The position numbers were made by a program, and so were the translations under genes. From NCBI RefSeq assembly GCF_964204865.1, contig NC_135259.1, positions 7,688,001 through 7,752,000 of the forward strand: a stretch of 64,000 nt of DNA. Reading direction: 5' to 3'. Positions within the stretch are counted from its first letter, which is position 1; each line of letters starts with the position of its first letter. Positions 54,301-64,000 of this stretch are shown piece after piece. The notes beneath the pieces were generated by a model. That model was not told the DNA's origin and did not search any database. It saw only the letters and a list, made by a program, of their open reading frames with translations. The DNA is from Styela clava (taxonomy: Eukaryota).

Positions 54301-56999
54301 AAGTATAACACTATCAGAGTGGAATTCCCTCCAAACTCTTTGGAATTCACCGTAAGTAATTTGCGCATCATCCTAAACGTATTTGGTAATTCATATGCGT
54401 GTTTTCGTACTCTAATTCCATAAAATCGAGTGCCATAAAAGTCCCTGATAGAAGACATGCTAATAAGATATGTTTCAGAAGTTTCTTATTGATACAAACA
54501 TTGATCAAATATCTGTGACCCACTATCTACTGTTCCGCGATGAAAATATAATTTTTTGACCCATTCTCTGAAAAAGGTTCGCCATCCCTGTTATAGAGCA
54601 TTCTCGGCAAACCGGAAACGATACGTGGTCGAAACGAGAAAGGCAATACATGGAGCGAATGCACTATCGCTGTTGCGAAACATAATGCGGCCTATTTTGT
54701 GAAATATTACATGCTATTAATATGAAAGGGTTAAATACATTATAATCCATAGTTACACAATGCACATTCGCTACAATACCTGCTGCACACTAACACGAAT
54801 GTATTTCTGTAACGTTTGGTCTGACCAAAATCAGACATCGCCAGACAAGCATACGATTGCGCACTTGCCGACTAGTGTGATTAGCGCAAAGGTATTGAAG
54901 AAGGATTGGGAGTTAGTCTCGCGTAACTTCTACTGATAGTAATATCATCTTTTTCAGAGTGTTACACAAATGCAGTTGTTGATCAGTGTGGATGTAGACT
55001 GCATACACAGTATTGGGATACAGAACATGACGAATGTACGACATTGCAATTATTTGAATGTGCTGCGGAACATCTTGTCGCAGTAAAACAAAACGTGAGA
55101 TTTGTGATATATATATATATAATTTATATGTAATTATATATCAGTTATATATACATCTGGTTCGGTGCGTTTATATTAATCCAGGAATTTTATGGTTTCT
55201 TCACTGAAAAATATATTGATTAGAAGTTACTGAAACATGAGCAGTGAATATAATCAATAAATAGACGTTCCCAACTTATATTTTATAAACGAAAGGATCC
55301 AGAATAATAAAATATTTTAGCAAAGCATGAACACATTTGTCCAGTGAAGTAGAATATCTTGTAATAGAGTGCGGGAAGAATTAGTCAAGCACACTCATTA
55401 CTAAAATTTAACTGGTGTAGCCTACGATCTACGTAAATAGCGGCTATGTCAGTTTGCGGTGTAGGCTACTGTAGAGTGTAGGCTATCAGTACGCTTGGAG
55501 CCAATTACATGCATTTTGACTGAGGAAGTTTTATCGTGAGCAATGCAAAGTTGCAATATATGCAAAAAATTTCAGTCAGTTTATATCTAATTATAATTGA
55601 ACGTCAGAATTTTTTCAACGTAAATCATTATAAAAAACTGTTTTTTAGTATTCTGCAAGCGACTGTAACTGTACTATTCCATGCACATTCACTGACTATG
55701 AGTTGACTGTCGCGTATGCTACATTTCCAGGATACACAACAAGAAATTACCTTGTGGTATGTTGCTTTATCCCACACAATTCCATTACTATTGATTGATG
55801 TTTGTTCATTTCTGTTGAATTATCCATACTGGTGGCGCATCTGTACCAGCACTATAATATTGTAAGATAACAAAATAGTGCAAAGTCTGGTATAAAAACA
55901 CTGAAATGAAGATTTTGAAGATGATTTTTTATGACCAACATCTTTTCTTGCAAAATTTGGAAATAAACTATTTAATATTTTATTTATTTCCCGCGTTTGG
56001 TGCACCTGAATAACCAGGAAACAATAAGGGATGTTGACGAAGAATATATAAAAGAGAACATGGTGAAACTTGAAGTATATTTCAGTCGTATGAGTTATCG
56101 TACTTTCAAACAGTCAAAGAAAGTTGATGAATCTGGACTGCTTAGTGATGTCGGTAGGTATATATCCAAGATCAACCTGACAAACATATCATTAGACAGA
56201 ACCGGTGCTGTGTTCTATTTTGTATAGATAGAACTCTCCAACGACAGGTAGCTTATTTCAGAAAATGTATGTATATATGTCACTGGGCAAGCTGCATTAG
56301 CACGACATGCCTTACATTAATGTATTGCATACCTTTTGCCAAAAATAATTCTGATCATAAGGTGCTGTGCACGTTACGCATTTGCTGCATTGTCGAACAA
56401 CAAAAACAGAACGGGTTCGATAATTATCACGACACTCCAGTGGGAACCCGCAGAACACTACTCCTGGACAGAACTAAGTCAATATGGCTGTTAATGATAG
56501 AATATTTTGAAGCTATGCTCATGCACCGAATTCTGCCGCCCATTCAAAATAGGATTATTGAACTTGGTTATGAGATGCTGCTTCACAGAAACTTATCATT
56601 GCGCGCGTATCATCATAATATGTATATATATATATTTAACGTTTTCAAGTCTGCAAAGGAGTCCATGAATAAAGCAGTGGTATCGTACGTATTATTCCGT
56701 GCATAAAGTTGTGTGGTACGAAATATTCCGTATACCCTTTAACAAAAAGACTGGTTATTAGTAAAATTTGTCCTGTATTATATATCATGATATTTATGTA
56801 ATAGCTGCAATTTGTTATAACTTGATATTTTTCAGGTGGACAGCTTGGATTGTGGTCTGGAATGAGTTTTGTTACTTTAGCGGAATTTGTTCAGTTCTTC
56901 TTTCTCAAAGGATACTTTGCGAAATCACGAATACAGAACAGAAAACGAAAGAGGAGAAAAAGGACCCAAAACACCAATGGAGCCACTATACACGCTTGA
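48332..56999 (+). CDS. DEG/ENaC family ion channel (ASIC/BASIC-like), 9 exons, 492 aa
   Basis: Exons 48332-48527, 49379-49514, 51660-51866, 52340-52547, 52807-52993, 54958-55094, 55649-55756, 56018-56153, 56836-56999 (1479 nt, phase-consistent). Motifs STSCHG, FPAVTVCNFN, GRCHTFN, Cys-rich thumb, LLSDVGGQLGLWSGMSFVT. Confidence 0.93.
48547..48863. mobile_element. hAT MITE in intron 1 of the channel gene
   Basis: CAGGGTTACTCAAC...GTTGAGCAGCCTG with perfect TSD GTATAAGC. Confidence 0.9.
53643..54590. mobile_element. Non-autonomous hAT element in intron 5 of the channel gene
   Basis: Perfect TIR CAGGGATGGCGAACC / GGTTCGCCATCCCTG and perfect TSD TTATAGAG. Confidence 0.93.
54782..54927 (-). mobile_element. 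Decayed Penelope-type repeat (same family as 57750-58440)
   Basis: Shares gctgcacactaacac.aatgtatttctgtaacgttt...cagacaagca and ttagtctcgcg.aac. The hammerhead core is mutated. Confidence 0.65.
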
Positions 57000-57749
57000 T
57001 GGTTATCGACGGTGTTGTAATAATTACTCGCCTAGTCCTGTCTAGTTTGTTAAAATAAAAACTCCTGAAAACGGCCTATGGGTCTCATAAATGAACTTGA
57101 ATCAATCCATTGTTTTTATATCAATAAATATTATATATCTTTTTTGTTTTAAAATTAAACTTGCAAGCATAGTGTATGATGTTATAAGAAAGATGTAGAC
57201 ACGACCGTACACCGTGCGAACCTCTTACACAAGCGAGAACCACATCGAACATACCCAATGAAGAGCGACAAAATCAATTACATATTATATAGCCTATATA
57301 TAATATGACGAATGTCACAAATTTATTTAAAATCTTATGTACCAGAGATGCCGCATCACTGACTTCTGTCTCAATAATGACCGGCATGATGCCCAGTAAA
57401 GTACAAAAAATTGTGAAAAGGCCGGTCTTAACTCAATCTAAGAATATGTGAATTACTTTAATCAAATCCTGTGTATATATATATGACATGAAAGTTGTTT
57501 TTATGAAAGCTATCGTTCATTTATATTCAGGCAAATCCTTGTTTTCGTACATGGGTTTTATAAAATCAAGCATCCTGAATCACCTAGGTTCAGATACGAG
57601 TGCTACATGTTTAAATTTCATATCGTCCCACATTTTGGAAAATATGAAGGAGCAATTTTTCACTGAAACATACATTGTTTAAATCTATGACGTCTCTTTT
57701 ATATACGGACAGTATAATTTCTGCTTATTGCATATTCAATATATATATT

Positions 57750-58440
57750 TTCTATCCAATTAAAGAGTCCAGCTGCACACTAACACAAATGTATTTCTGT
57801 AACGTTTCGTCCGACCGGAGTCAGACTTCCTCAGACAAGCAGTTTACAACAATGGCAAAAAATAAATTTGGTAAATGAATTTGAAATATCAAATCAAGTA
57901 TGACGTAACAATACATAAACATTTAATTTGCATTTAGCCGCAGAAGTAATGATGGGAAAATTAGAACAACAAATATCAGTGGAACTCATTTCAGATGTAA
58001 TTAAAAAAAAAAAAAAATTTAATATTGCATTTACGAAAATGATGGGTAACTAAATGTAATTAAAATTAATATTATTGGCACTTAGAGAACCACGAGGAAG
58101 TAAACCAACATTTAAACATAAATCAACATGTATCAATACTCGACAACGATTGCAAGAAAGAAAATTTATGCATTGTTACGTCATACTTGATTTGATATTT
58201 CAAATTCATTTACCAAATTTATTTCTTGCCATTGTTGTAAACTGCTTGTCTGAGGAAGTCTGACTCCGGTCGGACGAAACGTTACAGAAATACATTTGTG
58301 TTAGTGTGCAGCTGGACTCTTTAATTGGATAGAATAGTCATGTTTATTCCAGCTACAGTATCCTTGCAGTATACGCATACGGATCCACTAGCATAAAGGC
58401 ATAGAGAAAAGATAGGAAATTAGTCTCGCGCAACCCAACT
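57750..58440. mobile_element. Penelope-like terminal repeat in inverted configuration (170-bp arms 57750-57919 / 58165-58334)
   Basis: Arms are reverse complements with ~2 mismatches and each carries a hammerhead motif. The flanking sequence atatattttctat is duplicated at 57743 and 58448 (possible TSD). Confidence 0.75.
58246..58287 (+). ncRNA. Minimal hammerhead ribozyme motif (identical copy on minus strand at 57797-57838)
   Basis: TTGT-CTGAGGA-A-[GTCTGAC tccg GTCGGAC]-GAAAC-GTT-ACAG: intact CUGANGA/GAAA core, 7-bp stem II, 4-bp stem I, palindromic ACGU stem III. Confidence 0.7.
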
Positions 58441-60435
58441 CAAATTTATATATTTTCTATTATCAAAAAATAGGGGTTTGTTTTATTTTATATCTGAATT
58501 AATTGAATTCTTCATGTCTCATTCATAATTTTTCAGGAACCCATATTTGAATTCACACTTGTTTACTGTAATAATTTTAGTAGTTGCCTATACTGATGAT
58601 AATTATCAAGAAAACATTGTTTTTTGACTACGTTGGTTGTAGTCGAATGCAACAACGTAGACTGAAAAAAATAATCAAGGGTGCATATCCAGGTTAATAC
58701 GATTGTAAATAGTAAAACGTGCTCTACAGCAGATAGAGACCTTCAAAAACACCTCTGATTAACCCACGCGGGGAAGCAGGTTTCAATGCCTCGGAAGATA
58801 ATTATGTGCCTGAAGTATGCACGTGCCAAAGGGTATTTGTTCCAGTATCTAACTATGTGCATATGAAGTAATTAACTCGTGGACTATTTGCAGACCCAAC
58901 TTTATCCTGGGTAGCTGAAGGACCATGGCAAACGATGAGTATTAATGGACGCTAACTCAGAAGCAGTTTTTACGAAATAGGATTGGATTTTCATTATGGT
59001 TTGGTTTCAAAAAATGTGTTGCCAAAATTTACTCGTGAAAGTAACCAAAAGCTTGTTAACGACGTAGAACACTTTGCTTTTAACCCCGACTATGTTCTGG
59101 CCAGTAAATTTAATGTTACTGTCCATTACCATCCGGGTTTGTATTGAAACAAGAGCAGTATAAGCAGTTTGAGCCTAAATTATGGACGTGTGCGTACGGT
59201 GTTATTGAGTTATAAGAATCCTTTCTAAGTTCCTCTTTATGCTACCAGCGAAGGCTTGTCCCATCATACCAGAGCAGATGGTTTTATCCTGAGGAGCTCC
59301 AAGAAGCAGTCATTAAGTTTGCCGTACATCGTACCGAACAGCTTGTCCCGGTATTCTTTGTCTCAATCCACTCTGTGCGTGCGCTAAACTTAATCTTCCG
59401 GTACTCTATTATAAGAGATTCTAATTTAATTCATGAAATAAATTTGAACAATTTGGTCAAATGTTTTTATCATTTGCTAAAATATTTTATTATTATGACT
59501 GAAAGCATGTCATATAGGCTACCCAGTTGTACGCCTTTGTCCAGATACAGACATATTTGACATCCCTCTACGGTTAGCATAGGTACCCGGTACCGGTATT
59601 TATGGGGTTACGAGTTGTAGTTTTATTAATAGTAATGAAAACATAGTCTAGAAATAGCTGTGATAAAATAGGTTAAATCTATGGAAACACTGGCTGTCTG
59701 GTTTGATTCTGTGAATTCTTGCTACGCGAAACTCGGAATCTTTTTGAGGGTAGCGTCAAGGGTAAGGACTGCTTCGCTCTTTGTAACGTGTCCGTATATT
59801 TGAGCATTACTCTGTTGTAATTTGATATTTTTGCACGGAGTGATTGATCCAACTATGATATCCACACAATATTTACGTGGTCATTTTAGTCCGTCACTTT
59901 TTCGCATCTTGCTGATTGGCTATGTTTAAATCCAGGGGTGGACCCGCTCTTGGAATGTTATGAAAACCAGTTACGTCCGCAAAGGTGCACCATAGCTGAC
60001 AACTATCGTTACCGGTTTATTTGGTGTTTCGAAAGTTATGTATTAAATTTGTGTGAAGCAAGCATGTGATGGAGCCTGATAGAATTACAAACATTTACTG
60101 TTTGCGAGTTCAACACAAAGAGAACCTTTCGAATCCCACCACTTGTGTTCCAACAGGATTCCATCGCCGCGATTACAACTGCATAGTGGCCCACCATGAG
60201 TCAAACACTAATAAATTGAAATGCTCCGCTGTTCGCACACATAGTACCTGACATTCATTATGGACATTTATATTAAAGACTGACAAATCTGAAAATTAAT
60301 AAAAGATCTTTCATAATCCAAAAAGGTTAAGGGAACACCAAGTTAAAACCCTATGTTATAATCTTGTCGCTACCTGCTCACAATGACAAAAAACAACTCA
60401 ACACATGCATTTGAGCTAGTTTATTAAAATGCAAG

Positions 60436-62978
60436 TCATCCTTTGATGTCTTTGACACTCAAGCTTGGTGGAAGCGATTGTCGGAGTTTTTCAGCCTTGT
60501 CATTGTCTTGAATAACCAGGGTATACAGGTATCGGCTACAGCGGACCTGAAACAAGTAAATGAAAAAAATTATATTTAATTATTGATTCACTTTTTGACT
60601 ATCACATGTTGAATAAGAGCTACAGAGTCTCCCATTTTGGATACGATACATACAGTTTTATAAAAGTGTAGTTGGCTAGATGGAAAACCAACACCTAAAT
60701 CTTCCGCAAAAAATATTCTAAGTACATTGGTTAGAAATGTCATTGAGTTCAAGAAATGACTAATTGCCATAGTTAAATGGAATATGAAAATCACCTAATA
60801 AATGATTTGATATAAGTGACCTAATATAAATTAAATCAATAGATTTCTTTTATCAAATCATAACCGAGGTTAACCAGCACAACTGCAATATGACAGAAAA
60901 AGCATATGCATAGGTTTGCACTAGTTAAATCCATAAATTTAACATGAAAAAAATCGAATTAGGTATATGAGACAAAAGATAAAATCTAAATATCCATAGT
61001 TTCAAGAGCATACGGACCAAATTGAATACCAAACAACTACAAAACATGAAAACACTGTAGCTGTCAGAAGATCCATTAAACATACTACAGAAATTGGCGT
61101 ACAATGAAAAAATACAATATAAGTAGACATTATCAGAATAAGCTCAGCATTCAATATGACAAATTTTAAGATCGACTTCGAACAAACCTTTTTTGTGTTT
61201 GTATATTATTATTATTATACAACTACCTAACTACTAAAAATCAATATCAATAATAACTCAAAGCGGTCATATGCCACGTAATGGTAGGAAATGTCTAATT
61301 GAAAAGTCTGTCATTTATTTGTTTACTGATCCATACATGAAATGATAAACGTACCGGTAATATTTTTGTGTTACTGAAATTAATCAAACGTTCTCAACAA
61401 TCCAGATTAAATGATGATCATATGACCTTGTTAATTAGAGTTGGTAGGCTACTGTAAAATCATTTCAGCCTGATATTAGTAAGCTGGTGGCACAAAAGAG
61501 ATGCCAAATGTCAGGACATATGTAATAAAAAAAAACTGAGTTTATTCTGTAGTATTTTTGTCAACTTTAGGTCTTTATATTTAGATTGACTCATTCTTTG
61601 CGTATGTATTATTCTTTCCACATCAAAATTTATGATTTTTTGTAATAAATACAGCCATTGCAATAATAGTGAAATGCAAAAATTAATATGAAAATTAAGA
61701 AAATAACAAAACTTCTTCAATTGCATCACAATATATGTCACAAACTACACCTATCTAAAAATATGCTTTAGGTATATATCATCAAAATCTGTTTGCGGCC
61801 CTTTACACTATTCCCAAATTGCAATGCGGCCCTCGAAAACCCACGAGTTTGACACCCCTGAACTAAACTGTCTCAAACCTCGTAACTAACCACTCTTTGT
61901 TATTCTATAGAGTCAATCGCGTAAAGATGATGCCTATATTCTGAGTGAATGCCTCCATCTAGAGCTAGATTAATCTATTATTCTATGCAGTTTGTAAAAA
62001 TTCGACAATGTATTGATCAATATCATTCAATCTCATGCCAGTTTCTATCACACCATATTCAGAGCAACACAACTTTGAACTAGATATGAATGTAATCAAT
62101 CTGTTGTTTCATAGCTGACTCATATTTTAGTATTCACATATAATCAAGTGTTAAGGTATTACGTAACTTAGTTTTGTTTAATTCCTAAATGCCAAATAAA
62201 TAGTTTATTTTGAAAACTCCACAATAGACACTGATTAAAAAAGAAGAATTTTGGAAAGCAAGCAAAACCTTTAAAAAAGTTTGAAACACAAGAAATATCA
62301 TGTGCCTGCTCACCAGCACAAACAAAAAAAAGAAAAAAACTTGGCCAGGGCCAGAATGTATTGAACGTTTGGCTGTTTACTTTTTAATATTAGTCAGTAC
62401 TGACCAATTCAAACTGATACAAGATGAGGTGTGAAATACAATTCAATAAAGTGATGAGAATAATCCTGTAATCAAAAGCCATGAAAAACTAAACCGATTG
62501 CGCACTGCTGAAAAGGTGATAAAGTGGTTCGAAGTGAGCATTGGAAACACTGATTTATTGAACAAATTAAACTTTCGGCTGTTCAATCAAAGTTTTACTA
62601 ATAGATTAGTAGTTTTGAAAATATTTTATTAATTCCGTTCAGTTTTTAATTTGCAATTTGAGAACATGCAAACAATTCATTTTGAAACTTATGACACAAG
62701 ATTTATAAAATATATGAATGTGCGCAACAATGAAAAAATCATAGCAGATGAACCACAAACATACGGTACTAGCCTAGTATGCATACAAATCGACGATACT
62801 GAACGAACGAAACTGTTTTTAGATTCTGGTATTGATGTAGGTTATAACGAATTCAGGGATTATGAAAACTGACCTTAAATTTAGTATTCTCCTTGTTCTT
62901 TTTTATTTTTACAGATTTTGCATCTTTACGCCTTGCTGTAAGAAGGAAGTCTTTTATTTCTTTGATCTCTTTAGGCAT
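60436..62978 (-). CDS. RPL38: 60S ribosomal protein L38 (eL38), 71 aa, 2 coding exons
   Basis: Exons 62978-62874 and 60546-60436 give [35 protein letters not shown]|[42 protein letters not shown] at 60425-60420. Confidence 0.98.
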
Positions 62979-63174
62979 CTTGATGATTCTAAACAAAGAG
63001 CAATAGACTGATAAAGCAGTTGAATAAACTGATGGAAGGCACCAGGGTAATAAGGCCTGGTTTCAGGCTCATGTTTGGAAATTTTAAAACTAACTTCTTT
63101 TTATCAAAAACTAACAAAAAAAAACGAGAAAACAAACTTTAACTGATATGAAAAAATGATACTAAAATCCATAC

Positions 63175-63214
63175 CGAATGACAAACAGCCAGCGAGATCG
63201 ATCCACGAGAAAGG
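63175..63214 (-). promoter_or_regulatory. RPL38 non-coding first exon with 5' terminal oligopyrimidine (TOP/TCT) start
   Basis: Minus strand CCTTTCTC start at ~63214, donor G|GTATGG at 63175, acceptor tttag just before 62988. Confidence 0.7.
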
Positions 63215-63860
63215 ACCGATCATGAGGTGAAAGTTCAAAAGGCAGAAAATATGTTACAGTTGAACGGAGTTCCTATTCTTCGTACCGGTATGTTTTTTAG
63301 TTCAAATTTTTCATTTTTGTTCAAACAAATATTAATTCAAAAATATTTCAGTTCACACTGATTATAAATACGCCTTCCGGTGCTTTTAATTTATATCCCA
63401 AACTTATTTGGACTTCGGTGTACCGGATACATGTAAAATCACAATGACCTTATTCATAACTTAGAATTTTATCAATATCTGTTCATTATTGTTTATTACT
63501 ATTTTGCGCTAATTGTATAGAATATTTCATTTATATTATTGTTATCGCTGCATTTGTAGGTATTGCCTTCAAATACGCGAAAATAGGCTATATAACGATA
63601 TGCGTTGAGGTCTGAGTCTTCCGGATTTGCGTGTGATCGATTATCCCTATTCTCATAAGCTCAGTCACGGGATTTGACTTGCCAGAGTTTCAACAATATT
63701 TAGAATACTAAAGTTTTGTCAGACGGAGTTCCAATTTGTTATAATAAGATATTTGCATCGTTTAGTAAATACGGTATTATTTACATTTTGCTGGTTGAAT
63801 ATCAGTTTTTATGGATGTCAAAGTTTTCTGGAAATGAAGAGGACTGTAAATTTGCGTGAT

Positions 63861-64000
63861 ATGTCAGCAGCAAATAACGGACAGATGCCAATCGGCGGTC
63901 AAGATCAAACAAGAAAAATATTGTCAGACTTGCAGAAGGAAAAAGCTAGACTTCGAATGTTACAACAAGGGGGTGGTGCTGTTGCACCCGGATCGTCAAG
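63861..64000 (+). CDS. INIP: SOSS complex subunit C / INTS3-NABP interacting protein, 5' part (runs off the window)
   Basis: MSAANNGQMPIGGQDQTRKILSDLQKEKARLRMLQQGGGAVAPGSS resembles vertebrate INIP N-terminus (MAANSSGQG...ILAELDKEKRKLLMQ...HPGAS). An in-frame upstream ATG lies at 63834. Confidence 0.8.
   Translation, partial: MSAANNGQMPIGGQDQTRKILSDLQKEKARLRMLQQGGGAVAPGSS

Noticed and set aside
61411-61473. Box C/D snoRNA (ATGATGA...CTGA) in the RPL38 intron
   Set aside because: The motifs are antisense to the host gene and there is no terminal stem.
62298-62415. H/ACA snoRNA candidate in the RPL38 intron
   Set aside because: Two weak hairpins and an ACA are present, but there is no ANANNA H box and the pocket-to-ACA spacing is wrong.

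Overview
AT-rich, intron-containing animal genomic DNA. Gene content, short introns and dense MITEs suggest a tunicate-like invertebrate deuterostome (inference). The ORF track is largely uninformative, so all genes were rebuilt by hand from GT-AG splice sites and reading-frame phase. From left to right: (1) a tandem array of SLC16/MCT-family transporter genes on the minus strand (one truncated by the window edge, one complete at 483 aa, one relic retaining only its last exon); (2) a 26-exon, ~1335-aa secreted mosaic serine protease with an architecture I do not recognise: signal peptide - divergent CUB - three-finger/LU-like - WAP - 10 CCP/sushi - trypsin domain with mixed MASP/C1r-like and factor B/C2-like signatures; (3) a small 3-exon secreted cysteine-rich peptide gene missed by the ORF track; (4) a 9-exon DEG/ENaC (ASIC/BASIC-like) channel; (5) RPL38 head-to-head with INIP (SOSS-C). 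Intergenic and intronic DNA carries hAT, Tc1/mariner, Merlin-like, piggyBac-like and Helentron/HINE-like non-autonomous elements, tRNA-derived SINEs, an RTE LINE 3' end, and Penelope-type repeats with minimal hammerhead ribozyme motifs.
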